From Podarcis muralis (lineage: Eukaryota): 64,000 nt of DNA. The notes below the pieces were generated by a model, which was not told where the DNA came from, ran no database searches, and saw only the letters and a program-made list of their open reading frames with translations. Below are positions 11,504 through 24,271 of the stretch, piece after piece (position 1 is the first letter of the stretch; every line of letters begins with the position of its first letter). The stretch lies in contig NC_135667.1 of assembly GCF_964188315.1 (NCBI RefSeq), positions 24,924,001-24,988,000 on the forward strand. Direction: 5' to 3'. The position numbers and the translations under genes are program-made.

Positions 11504-12652
11504 ATATGTTTTTAAGAATATACAAATGAATGGGCTCCCGGAGAGAAGCTCACAACTGTTCTACTCCTCCTCAAATCTTTTTGCAGCTACACTGTGTTAA
11601 ATTAAGCCAAGGTGATTAAGCTCTCTCCTCACAAATTAGGATCTGTAATCAAGGTTTGCTCTTGGTTACTGCTGGTGGTTACTGAACAGAGAGCTTAATC
11701 ACCAGTCCTGGTTTGGATGACATGCTAAGGGAAAGCTTGGTATAAGGACCAGGGAGGAGCATAGCTACTGTAGGTGTCTTTCCAGAAGGCTGCACAATTG
11801 TGAAACCTCACAAATCTAAGTTTTGTCTTAGCATGCTATGCAAAGCAAGCCATTGCGTATGCTGAGCACAGTATATATAGATATTAGGAGAGAACAATAA
11901 ACCAGCACGATAGTACTATTGTCTGCATTCAGATTTCAGGAAACTACCCAGGCAATAACTAAAATTATAAAAATGCAAATGCCTTACTCTTTTTCTTAGT
12001 AGATAATATATTTCCAGATGCAATTTCATCACTACTTTAGGGTGTTCTGTATTCTTCGATCCACTCAATGAGCTTTGTTAAGAAATCACACTCTCCATTT
12101 CTTTCTAAGGCAGTGAAATTGTTTGTCTACCCTCACATTTGAAAATGTTTGTATACCCTTGCAAAATGACGCCTTTACTATGGGGAACAGAATTATTACT
12201 ACAGTATTTATGTTCCTGGGAGTTTGATCTCAGGAGTACAAACCAAATTAGCAATTGTGTCCCTAGAAGCTTGTACTGAGTAGTCCAGAAAAAAATCAGC
12301 AATAGTGTTTCTTGTGACTTGGTCCCAGGAGTGCAACACAAATAACCAATCAAAGTATGTAAATAAATGTTAACAGTCTCGTCTATATTTCTGATAATGG
12401 GTCTCTTTAGGTACATGAGACTACATTAGCAAACATGAGCACTAATTTCTTCTTAACCACTAATTTGAATAATTCAGTGATCTGAACCAATAAAAAGTTT
12501 AAGATTACAATCATGTCAAGTTGGTATCATTCAAAGTACTGAATATCATGCTCTTGGAGGCTAGTGATCTGTTCCCAGCTAGTGCACTAAATCTAACTGT
12601 ATACATAAAATGTAGCACATGAAAGACACACACATTTTTAAAACTATGTATA

Positions 12653-13237
12653 CGTCAGGGACTGGCTGGATGAGGAGGTGGGGACCTCCCGGCCAGGAGC
12701 CCCCCAGGGACGTCAAGGGAGAGGAGCGCTTCGACCCCAGGTCCTGGTGCTGGGACAACTGGGAAAAGGCTGGGGAACAAGCTAGGAGATGATGGAAGCA
12801 GGAGGTTGGAGTGATCAGGGGATGGGGTGGGGGGGTCAGAAGAAGGCCCTTCCAGGACAGGGCTGGAGGCTGAGCATCTCAGTGTGAACACAGACACAAA
12901 CAGGGAGAAATCAGAGAGTACACACGCCATCCTGCAGCAGTCCTGCTGGCTCTCCTCCTCTCAAACCCAGATCTAGAGAGTCCTATGTGTTGCTGAGCAG
13001 CGGACCAGACAGGCCCAGAGCCCAGACAGGATCATCCCCATGTTTCCATCTGTTGGGAAAGGCTCCAGAGTGAGAAGCTAGAGGGGAGAGGTGGAGTCGG
13101 AGCTCAGCATCCAGCAACATCTCAAGCTGAAGGAGTCAAGCCAGGGAGACTTCCCTGTTATTTTATGTGAGCCCATTGCATTTCAAGCCTCTAGCCTTTT
13201 CTAGGGGCCCAGCACTTTCCTGTCAGCCCTCATGACA
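12653..13237 (+). mobile_element. Solo LTR, Gypsy-type
   Basis: Termini (C/T)GTCAGGG...CATGACA; perfect 5-bp TSD GTATA (12648-12652 and 13238-13242); purine-rich start resembling the LTR at 27899. Orientation inferred from that resemblance. Confidence 0.75.
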
Positions 13238-13822
13238 GTATATCCTTATGTACAGTCAGGATTGGTTGAAAACTCTAATGAGTACACTCATTTGCCTGCA
13301 TATACAGAAGGAAGACTCAGGAAGCAGTAATTAATTAGCTGCAGTCTGGTCAGCAGCAGCCTTCAGTGTCAATGAGACAGCCCAAATCAGGTGGCCACAC
13401 ACTGAAGCCAACTCCCTCTTTTTACTTTGCTGCCTCTTACTGGAACAAGATTTATTTTAGGGTTATGCACTGGATTCAGTCAAGGCCCAAGGCCTGAGCA
13501 AAAGTGGGCCTACTTGGACATTGGACAAGTTGGATTCACATACCCTCCAGCATGCCTCTGGTAAAAATAGGGACATTTTTCACTCCCCCTCAACTGACCC
13601 TCCTCAACCCCTCTTTTTCGTCTCCCACCCAGCAGAAGAAGGGCAGGCGCCACCACCACTATAACAATGGGACACAATGCACACCATCCTGGGGAAAAAA
13701 CCCTCTTAATCCCATTTTTACTCATTTTCTTCTTTGGTAGATTTACAAAAAGAAAATCGCACACCAATAAATAAATTTTAGAAGGGAGCAAATTCAGATG
13801 CAGACACACAAAGCATTTTTTA

Positions 13823-13856
<34 letters not shown>

Positions 13857-16467
13857 GACTCCTTGCACTCTGCTGCACTCCCTTTTCCTCCCCACCCAGG
13901 GTGGCCCTGCCTTCTGCCTGCATCTCAGAGTTGGCACATCACGCTAGGTTGGTGCTCAGTGGCAGCAGCTTCTCCTCCTCCTCACCTGCTCTCCAGCACC
14001 TGCTACGAGTTGCCCAAAGGAGGAGGCCCACAGTGGTGGCGATAGAGAGGCAACTCCCTTGACAGCCACCACTGCTGCCGCCACCACCGCTCGGCACAAG
14101 GGCTGGCTCCTCCTCCCCGGGCTTGGAGCTGGTGGCACTAGGAGGGGAAATAGGAACATTCTGGATTCAAATCAGAAGCTAGGATGGGTCAAGGTGGGTG
14201 GCTCAGGGTGATCCATGGCTGTCAGAGGGAGAGGCAAGCAGGTCAGGAAAACCCTGCCAGAGCCTCTTTTTGATAGCTGGTGGTGTCTTTTGAAAGAAGG
14301 GAGGCCCAACTAACTTCCTGCCTGACACACCCCTTTTGTCTGTTGAGCGGAGGCCTTGAACTTGCAGAGTGAAGGGAAAAGGAAAGACACTTTTGGAGCA
14401 TCACATGCACCCTGCAGGATCACCCTCTTAGCTGAAAATATGTCGAGTGGAGGGGTTGATCCTTTGGGGAGGCACCCTCAGCCTCTGTTGGAAGGGTGTA
14501 GGAGACGGAAAGTCTCCTTACCCCAACCTCTTTCTGGACTACATGTTTAATTAAGCATTAGCCCCCGCCCCTGAACTTATTTCTGACTGGATTTGGGACA
14601 AGGTGGAGGTCCCCAGATTGACCCACGGTATGTAATCTTGGCGCCTTCCCAGATTGAAGCCATGGAGGCGATGGGGGAGGTGCCAACAGTCCTAATTTAT
14701 TTTGCCACAATTTGAACTGGGGTGGGCTCACCTCTTTACGTGGGTGTCTGAAAACCTGCAGGAGTGGAGACTGCATCTGCTGTTGTTGTTAAAGTTCCAG
14801 CAAAGTCTGTAGGGTTTAACCCACTGGGACCTCTGACTAGCAGCAGTCAAGCTTTGGAGCAAGAGATCCTGGTGCTCCACATCTCAATGTAAAGAAAGGT
14901 CTAAGATGGCCCTTAGATGAGAATTATTGCCATACCTAACCCACGCAGTGCCAGAAAAGTCATAGAAAGCACAGGGGACAGTGTCCTGATATTTATTCAC
15001 AGACTGGTCCCACATACATGATGTATGTCTTCAGCCATTTAGGCCACTTTCAGTCCACCTTTTCTTTTCTTTTTCCTTAAGAAGTTATTTGTTTTAAGTC
15101 TCCTCCACTTCCTTCAGCTTGATTTCAGACTCCTAAAACCAATAAAGTAACCTTCCATTCAAATCTTCTCCTTGGTCATACACAGGGATAGACAGGCGCA
15201 TTTTATCATTTTTCACTGTTTTAACAAAACGTGATTAGTGGCCATTTGGAGTATGTGAATCAAACAGGAAAAAAAGAAGAAGGTAATGAAAGAGATGGGT
15301 TTAGCTCACATGAGTAATCATACTTTCTCCTTCATCATAACTCAGCTCATTTGTTACTAATTAAGTTCTTTTGGAAGCACAAAGCAAACTTTTAGACGTC
15401 AAGAACACATTTGCCTCATCTACGTAGTTATGCTGGACTCTTGAGAGCAAGACACCCCAAGCCCCAAAGCAACATAAATCTCCTTCATTTGCCAGTATTT
15501 TTAGATGCTCCTGGCAAACCTTGTGGCCGGCTCATAAACATTATAGTTACAGCATTTGCCAGCACAATATTCTTGAGTGCATAGAGAAGAATTTCATGCT
15601 AAGGGGAAATGACTCTATGAATGAAAAAGTAAGTCATTCTTTTAAGCTATTCCATTAGAAGTTTTCATGTTTTGCCTCATGCTCTGTCATCCATGAATCT
15701 ATTCTTTCTCCATTTGTCTATGGTGTGGTGTGGTGTGGGTAGGACTTGAGGAGTAAAGCAGATCATCTTCTCAGCCTAAAGATAACTAGAAGTATGATGT
15801 TAGTATATATAAATCCACATATCATTTCTTAAATAAGAATATTGTTTTCAATAAGATTCAAAACAAAATTATTGGCTCTAGGTCATATCTGAATTCCCCC
15901 CTCTCTCTTTCTTTCTCTCTCTCTATCTGTGTATGTATATGTCTGTGTGTGTACACACACACACACCACATTACATTACATCACATCACTGAAACCATAA
16001 GACACGTTCTTTCTTAGAACCACAAATACTGACTAAAAAAATGCTCAGCCTGAGAGCGTGGGGTAAAAAAAGAAAAGACTGAAACTATATTAAATCAAGG
16101 TGGTGTTTTTTCCGTTTGTTTGTTTGTTTGTTTTCAAATTTAGCAAGGAAAAGTGGGGAAGCATGTGGTGAATGTTTTTGGAGTTTGTAAAACTCCATAC
16201 CTGGGATTAAGAAGAAACCTGTGTCCCTCCAAAAATTTAAGTTTCATCATGCCTGTCGATTGGCTATGCTGCCTGGGGCTACTGAGAGTTGGTAAACAAC
16301 AATAACAGGAGAGCCACTGGTGCCTTATCCTTGGAGTAAATATTAGAGTTGGTTCAGATAAAATTTCAGGAGGCTTTTGGCACCAAACCTCACATCATCC
16401 TGGCTTCTCTTCTTCTTTGCAGTCACCCAGAAAGACATTCTGAGTAGGTGTTTGTAAATAAGAACTC

Positions 16468-16802
16468 CGGTTAAACCACAGAGCCTAGGACTTGCCTCGA
16501 CTTGCCGATCAGAAGGTCGGCAGTTCGAATTTCCGCGAAGGGGTGAGCTCCCGTTGCTCAGTCCCTGCTCCTGCCAACCTAGCAGTTCAAAAGTATGTCA
16601 AAGTGCAAGTAGATAAATAGGTACTGCTCCAGCGGGAAGGTAAATGGTGTTTCCGTGCACTGCTCTGGTTTGCCAGAAGTGGCTTAGTCATGCTGGCCAC
16701 ATTACCCGGAAGAACTGTCTGCGGACAAACTCCGGCTCCTTCAGCCAATAAAGTGAGATGGGCGCCGCAACCCCAGAGTCGGTCACTATTGGACCTAATG
16801 GT
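16468..16802 (+). mobile_element. Sauria SINE
   Basis: GGTTAAACCACAGAGCCTAGG...CTAGCAG...GTAGATAAATAGGTAC...CATGCTGGCCAC...CCCCAGAGTCGG; matches the other copies in the window. Confidence 0.9.
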
Positions 16803-17524
16803 TATTTCTACCCCACCCATCTGGCTAGGTCTCCTCAGACACTCTGGGCGGCTTCGAACAAAAGATTTAAAATACATTAAAACATTAGTCATTAAAAACT
16901 TCCCTAAAGAGGGCTTCCTTCAGATGTCTTTATTGAGCTGTTGCTTACTAGGCTAATGGGGAGGTGGGCAGGACAGTGGGGGGGGGGCTCACTGGCAGAG
17001 TCACTTTTTGCTGGCAAGTGGCAACAATGTCACTGTCAAAAAGTTGGCAGCAAGGCACAACTCCATTATACTAGCTACTCCTGCTCTGTTCTGTGTTCTC
17101 ATATATATCATTATTGTATAAATATTACGTATTATGTTACAATGATTACATCTTTATGAAGACTTTTACTCTCAAGTAATTCATATTTAATGTAAGCTTA
17201 ATGAAAGTACAATATACTGTATGCCAGGATCTATAGGAGACACAGTTATATGTTCTTTATCTCACACATTCTAGTTAACATGAGCAACTTATGGTTTCCT
17301 TAGTATTGTTATGTGAGAGGAGAACTTCATAGTAATAGGAAACCTACTGCAACACATTCTGCTCTCTGGCTTTTTTGAATCTCACCTGACAGACATTACT
17401 AAATTCAATTTGAATTAATAGCATTTGAGGTTAACTCTTCTTTAGACCATGCAATAATGTTAACAACTTTCTTCCTTTTTTTCCTTCCATAGAGCATTTT
17501 GCAATTTAAATCAGAGATGAAAAA

Positions 17525-18442
17525 ATGTCTAACCAAACTTCTGTGAACACATTTCTGCTCTTGGAGTTTTCTAATGTTCGAGAACTGCAGATAACACAAT
17601 TCTTTGTGTTCTTGCTTTTTTATTTGGCCACTGTCACAGGAAATCTTCTCATCATTTCTGCAGTAGCTCTTGATCATCACCTTCACACTCCTATGTATTT
17701 CTTCCTGATGAACTTAGCTGTGACCGATCTTGGCTCAGTTTCAGTCACAATCCCCAAATCGATGTCAAATTCCCTTTCAAATACTAGGGTGATTTCTTAT
17801 TCTGGATGTGTCACTCAGGTTTATTTCTTTCTGCTTTTTGCAGCATCAGATTACACCCTCCTCACTGTCATGGCACATGATCGGTATGTCGCCATCTGCA
17901 ATCCACTACGGTATGAGGCAATTATGAACCAAGGTGCCTGCATTCAGATGGCGGGCAGTGCATGGCTCAGTGGTCTTCTCTATGCTGTGTTGCACACTGG
18001 CAGCACTTTTGCCATGACATTCTGCTCCAATATTGTTGATCAGTTTTTCTGTGAGGTCCCTCAGCTTGTAAAGATCTCCTGCTCAAAGTTATACATACTT
18101 GAAAATGCACTTCTTTTCCTAAGTGTGGCTGTAGCATTTGGCTGCTTTATTTTTATAATTGTAACCTATGTCCAGATCTTCAGTACAGTTCTGAGAATGC
18201 CCTCATCACAGGGAAGGCAAAAAGCTTTCTCAACTTGCATTCCCCACCTCGTTGTTTTCTCCATGTTCCTGTTTGGTGGAGCACTTGTTTACCTAAGACC
18301 CATACAGCATGCCTCCTCACATACAAATATGGTCTTTGCCGTCATATATTCCGTGATTCCACCCATGATGAATCCAGTGATCTATAGCATGAGGAATAAG
18401 GAGATTAAGGTCGCTATGTCCAAGATTTTAGGATTGAAATAG
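17525..18442 (+). CDS. Olfactory receptor, class II, OR14-like (305 aa), intact
   Basis: LHTPMYFFL, MAHDRYVAIC, KAFSTC and PPMMNPVIYSMRN motifs. Confidence 0.96.
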   Translation: MSNQTSVNTFLLLEFSNVRELQITQFFVFLLFYLATVTGNLLIISAVALDHHLHTPMYFFLMNLAVTDLGSVSVTIPKSMSNSLSNTRVISYSGCVTQVYFFLLFAASDYTLLTVMAHDRYVAICNPLRYEAIMNQGACIQMAGSAWLSGLLYAVLHTGSTFAMTFCSNIVDQFFCEVPQLVKISCSKLYILENALLFLSVAVAFGCFIFIIVTYVQIFSTVLRMPSSQGRQKAFSTCIPHLVVFSMFLFGGALVYLRPIQHASSHTNMVFAVIYSVIPPMMNPVIYSMRNKEIKVAMSKILGLK

Positions 18443-19284
18443 CTTTCTAATGATACAATTTGTGGTGTTATTCTTTATGCAGGGTTTTGTATGTAATGAT
18501 GTTAAAGTGTACGAATGTTTTGATACACAATCAAAGTAGGGGAAGTTAATGTGGTTCCCATGTTGTTGGAATTCAACTCCCATCTGTCTCAGACAGCATG
18601 GCCAATGTGTGCTTTGTCCATTTCAGTCCTAAATATCTTTTCTTGTTCGTTATAGAAGAAAAATGTCAGCACAGAACTATTTCAAAGCATTAATCCTATT
18701 GTAATTTAAGTAAGCTTAGGGTTTTAAAGAAACAGAGCCATTTTTAATTGATCAATCATCCCGTTTTAAATTGGTTAAGCAATCTAGTGCATTTTCATGA
18801 ATGGGTGAGTCTATATATATATCTCACACTGAAACAATAATATTGGTTCTTTCTTAGATATTGAAAGAAATATGAGATAACTTACAACTGAATATAAAAA
18901 TCAGTCACTCATTGCTCAAATAAAAATATAAGCTTCAAACATTTTCTTCTACATTCCATCAATCTGGTTTGAGTAGTTAATGACACGTGTTGGGATTCAC
19001 CTAAAATTGGTGTGATACACCATTCATCTGAATAAGAATGGAACATTCTAACATCTTGATGTAGGCCTGATCTGCACAGATCCCCATTCCCCGCCCTCGC
19101 TTCTAATTCCCTTGATGTTGATGTAATGCGAGGTTTCATTCTGTTAAAATGCAAACAGATATAATTCTGTTCTTCTATGTTATACAGGTGTAATATCTTG
19201 TGCTATAGGATTGGAGGCTTTGTTTAGCTGATGCTTGTGGTTCTCAAACAAAACAAGGCTGTAATTTTGATATACAGTATGTAA

Positions 19285-20405
19285 TGTTGGAATCGAGCAG
19301 AGGGATCATGTCAGTCTCTTTGTTAAGATAAGAGACCTGGCTAACACTGTTAAACACCCTATTTGCATGACTAAAGAGCTGCACATGTTTCCATAGGAAC
19401 AACTAGCTAATGGTGCTTCCAGAAGTAGGGTGCAAGTCTTTGCCTCTCAACCGAATGGAGACTAGGTCATCTTGTAAGAAGGAGAATAGGCAGGGAACTG
19501 AAAACTAGAAAGACAGAGACTGGAAATGCTCACTGTGCTGAAACCAAAGCTATGGTTTTGCAGACCCATAGAGACATAATGGGGAAGCAAGGTATTGTTA
19601 TAAGAATTCTAAGGTCTCAAATATATAAGAAATATTCATAAAAGCATACATATCTAAATATATAAACCATGTGTCTGACATAGTACAGGAGAGCAATCCT
19701 GAAATCAGTTTGACTCTCCCAATGACCTGAAATATTCCTCTATAGTAAGGGAGGCAAATGGGGAAAGCCTTCTTACTGTCTTTTTGCTTACAAATTCTGT
19801 CTTAAGGGCATATTTATGTATGAATAGGGTGAGCCTGTGACCTAGATACAGGAACTAAAATATTAACCATCACAAAACCATCACAGTGGCCAGGCTGCCC
19901 AGGTAATGCAATCAGCGACAAATTATCAGATATCCTGGCAGACAGGATTTCTGCTGTAGACCACCTCCTAAGATGTATATATGATGATATTGGGGTGATC
20001 TTTGGACTAAGGGGGTTGGGCCATGTCAAAAGTCTTTAAAGGATGCACACTTTTGTTCAGGGAGGGGAGAGAATTCTGTTTCAACAGAAAAAATAAATAT
20101 CTACCTTGCTTTCCACTGGATCTAGCCTCTATCCGTTTTTTCTCTGACCAATCATGGACTTAGGGGATTCAGAGTCCCTTGGGGAGTTGGGCAGCAAAAA
20201 CTCCAATTTTTATATCAGTATGCCAGAGTGTTAATGCTGTGACTCTTCCCATCTTATGCTCAGATTGTATATATTTATAAAAATAAAACCATATATCCTG
20301 AAAACACCACAATTTCCAGTGACTTCATCCCAAGGAAACCAAACCTGGGACAGTTTTGGCACCCCTGGAGTCTCTCACCACTTAGAGACTGGAGCGCATG
20401 CAACA
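19285..20405 (+). mobile_element. Possible old solo LTR
   Basis: TGTTG...CAACA termini, CCAAT and AATAAA-like motifs near the right end; no TSD found. Confidence 0.35.
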
Positions 20406-21027
20406 CTAGCATAGTCATTCCTCTGATTTCATGGATCAGGAGTGTTCAGTACACCAGCCCTAGCCATCACTCCGTAAGGCAGTGAGATCAGAGGCGGAAT
20501 TAGGGGAGTGAAACTGGTTCGTCCACACTGGGTGCCAAGCCGAGAAGACGCCACAGCCATGATGAAGAACAGAAGTTGAGAGGTTGGGGGCGCTGAATTT
20601 TGGCATTGCACATGGTGCCACTGAAATTTTAAATCCCAAAGTCTGGCACTGGTGGGAAGTAGCTACACTCTGCCAATGGTCAGAAACTGATTCCTCTGTC
20701 TTGGTGTTGGCATTCTTACATAAACATACTCTGTCATCATAGCCTAGTTGCATCAATGGTTAGGTACTGTATTCTTCCTCTCAATTTTTTTTTTAAAAAA
20801 GACTGGTATGTGGCTGATGTAAATCTGATTAGCCAAGCAGCAGGAAATGGTGGGGGTTGAGGGTGTTCCAAATTGTTGTTGTGAGTGGGTGGGTGGGTGT
20901 TATGATGTGTCTGTTTGCACTGCCAGCATTCATGTATGTTCAGCTGTTCCACCTGGCCTTTGGTTTGGACTCAGTCTGACCCTTACGTTTCCCTCCCCTT
21001 ACTGTTTTGATCTATGGTCTACTTTTA

Positions 21028-21467
21028 TTTATTTATTTTTAAAAAAATAATATTTATTAAAGTTTCAAACAAAATTACAATAATACAAGAAAAAAAACAC
21101 AAAAATAAAAATAGAAAAAATAAAGTACAAAAAACAGAAAAAATAAAATAACAATTAAAAACAAACCAGTTTTTCCATATCTTGTCTTTCGTTCACTTGT
21201 TTCCCGGACCTCCTCACACCTCCCTTTTTTGCATCCCAGTTCAGTTAATTAATTCAGCAAATCATTTCCCTTTTTGTTCTTATCTTAATCCTTAATCTTA
21301 GTATATTATTACTTCAAGTTCCCATCTATTAACAATCCATTTTTACATAGACCTTAATAACATTGCTGCTAAAACCACTTAACTTCATTCCAACATCATT
21401 CTAACATTCATTAATTTTACAATATTTCTGTAAGTAGTCTTTAAATTTCTTCCAATCTTCTTCCACC
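21028..21467 (-). mobile_element. 5'-truncated L1/Tx1-type LINE (ORF2 C-terminus, 3' UTR and tail)
   Basis: Minus strand reads VEEDWKKFKDYLQKYCKINEC*; T-rich tail on the left; 19-bp TSD GATCTATGG(T/A)CTACTTTTA at 21009-21027 and 21483-21501. Confidence 0.75.
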
Positions 21468-21559
21468 TAATGGACTACTATGGATCTATGGACTACTTTT
21501 AAAATGAAGCTGCATTTTAAATTGCATTTTAACCTGTATTTTAATTTTTTCTGTATTAT

Positions 21560-21628
21560 GTTTTTATTGTAATTTTACTGGTGTTAGCTGCCCTAAGCCC
21601 AGCTCTGCCCGGGGAGGGTGGGGTATAA

Positions 21629-21685
<57 letters not shown>
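21560..21685 (+). mobile_element. L2-type LINE 3' tail ending in (TAT)n
   Basis: GCTGCCCTAAG...GGGTGGGGTATAAAT(TAT)n, a typical squamate L2 terminus. Confidence 0.55.
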
Positions 21686-22279
21686 TACATACAGCTGAGA
21701 AGTTTAGGATCTTTTGCTGGAGTTATGACGCGTTCTTGTGATGGATGTGTGTTAACCCCTAATCTTATGCCCACAAGAAGTTCTCACACAAAGAAACAAA
21801 GAAAGCTTGGTTTATTATATAAAATAGGAGTGACAGAATATATAAAAATGCTGCTTTAGATAGCAAAGTTACAATCTAGGAAGTAGCACATTACAATACA
21901 TGCACACTTTGATTAAACAACAAAAGATCCCCTAAGTATTCTAAAAGCCTACAGAACCAAAAATGGGGAGGAAGGGGGGAGTATGCCTGTCCTTAAAGTG
22001 AAACAGATATACAGAGTCCTAGGAATCACTGGGTTAAGTGCTGTCCTGTTAGAGCTGTGGGAGCTTTGCATCTATTTTTTTATATATATACATTTTGCCA
22101 AGGCATACCAGTAGACTGGAGGGGGTTGTGAAATGAGTGATTCCTACAATCTCTATAGTTACACTAGTGGCCAAAATTGTGGAAACCTTTTGGGAAAAAG
22201 TGTATTTCCAAGGTTTGATGGCTCATAACACCACTTTATTCTGGAGTAATACCATAAAATTATGTATCAATGGAAAAAC

Positions 22280-22480
22280 AATTTAATGAAGAATGCATTA
22301 AACTCAAGAGAGCAAATCTCTAGGAACACAAACCAGATATTACTGCACCCTCCTCCCCTTGCTGAATATATCTTTTTGGCCATCAATGACTGGTTGGGTT
22401 TCATATGCTTTTATGGAGGACTTTCCAAATGCACAGACAGCTGAAGTCCTTAGAGGAGAAAGCACATCTGAAGGTAAGAG
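22280..22480 (+). promoter_or_regulatory. Candidate OR promoter and 5'-UTR exon with splice donor (for the OR at 24272)
   Basis: TAATGA homeodomain-like site (~22284), O/E-like CTCAAGAGAG (22303) and TCTCTAGGAA, AG|GTAAGA donor at 22474; conserved in the paralogous block at ~41760-41980. Confidence 0.4.
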
Positions 22481-24271
22481 AAAAATATTACTAAATTAAT
22501 TCATATAGTTCAAACCTTACCTAACACCATATGAGTTACTTAATGGATCTCACATGTATATCCATTAAATCACTGGTTGCCAACTAATAGGTCATGGCCC
22601 GATTCAGTATAGGCTGCAACAGGAGCACCACCACCATGCAAATGTATAGTACAGGATTAATCAATTGTTCTCAACTTTATGTGTGGGTTAAAAGCAGGTC
22701 CTGAGTTGGAAAATGTTGAAGTTTGTTTATAAGAAAATCTTGATGAATGTGAGATTTTTTCCTGGGCGTGGGAATCCTTTTTTATTCTTCACACACACAT
22801 ACACAAAAAATGAGTTCTTTAAGTTTTAAAAACAGGGTGTTGTGTTGGCTATAATGCAGAACCACAATCAATAAAGCAAGAGCTGCCTTTAACATTTCAA
22901 ACTGAAGTGATTTTGGGGTTTTCTTCAGTGGCAAAACATCTGAGGAAAGTAGGAAGAGGAACTTAAGGAAAGATTGAATGAGTTTTTGCAAGCCTTCCAA
23001 AATTTATTTGACAGTTTCCATATGTATTGGGAAATTGAAAGGTTTTAACTAAGCTAGTGAAATTTCAGAGGAGGAAAGAGAGTTTGTGCTCCTTTCATAA
23101 TATACTGTGGCTTCTCTGATGCTTTGATTGCAGAATACTTATTACCTGCTGCATCTGAAAAAATCATTAACTTTCTTTTTATTTTCAAAGTGCCTGGTTC
23201 TCATGTAACAGATTTTATTACATTGTGGATCTATTCAGCTGCAGCCCCATGCACTCTTAACTGAAAATTACATCCAAATTGAACATAAGTAGGACAGGAC
23301 TGTATGTCAGTGAGTTGTAAGAACCACTTTCAATGTGTTTAGGTCTTTTACCCTCACTCTTCCAATTTTTCTCTCACAATTCTTTAAGCGCTTATTTATA
23401 TAGTATTTTTCCCAGTGTACTTTTGTTCCCTTCTGATATTGTCCCCCTCAAAAATGGCATCCTGTGGGGGATAGTAGGTGCTGATATTCAACAGGAGAAA
23501 GCTTAAAATCCTTTGGTGTGCAGGGTTAGGCTGTGTGCACAGTCCCCATTTCTCTGTGTGCTCCTATCACTGGTTTGAGAAGTGGTATACACACAGCATA
23601 AGCCACAAGCCACATGTCTCTGGTCATTTTTTAAGAACTGCTGCATTTCCTCCCAAACCACATTTGATCCAAGTTGTGAAGAGTGACCTAGCTACATTTC
23701 AAGCTGGTATTTAGTAGACATCCTTAGCTGTTCTAATCCCACACCCAAAATATCTATCCAGTACTATAACTTTTGTGGAAACTTTTTGGAAACTCCACCT
23801 AGGCATTGTTTCTTGTCTTACAGTTGAGTTTGTTACATATCTCCCTCAAAATTCTTCAGATGTTATTTTACATCACCCAAAATGCTGAAGTTACATCCAT
23901 GGGAGCTCTGAAGGCTGCTGATGTCCTTCGCAACTCATGGTGCAGGCAAGAGCAATGTGTTATTTTGTAATTGCAACTTTTGTTTTGCAACTATTTTAAG
24001 ACTGTTTCCAGTAAAAATTTGAAACTCATTCTTATGTTGGAGAGCAAATTCTTCTCTACTCTACACAAGGTCCAGATCGGGGACTCCAATGCACCATATT
24101 ATATATATTTTTTTTTTTTGGGGGGGGGGGTTTGGCATCCATCTGTCTTGGAGACAATGGAGTCCACCTCCAGGAGTATGAAATGTTAAATTCTCCAGGC
24201 TGAAGTGTTATATTACTAGAATATTCTGCTGTCATTAAAACTTTGTACTTCTGTTTCTTTTTGCAGAAAGC

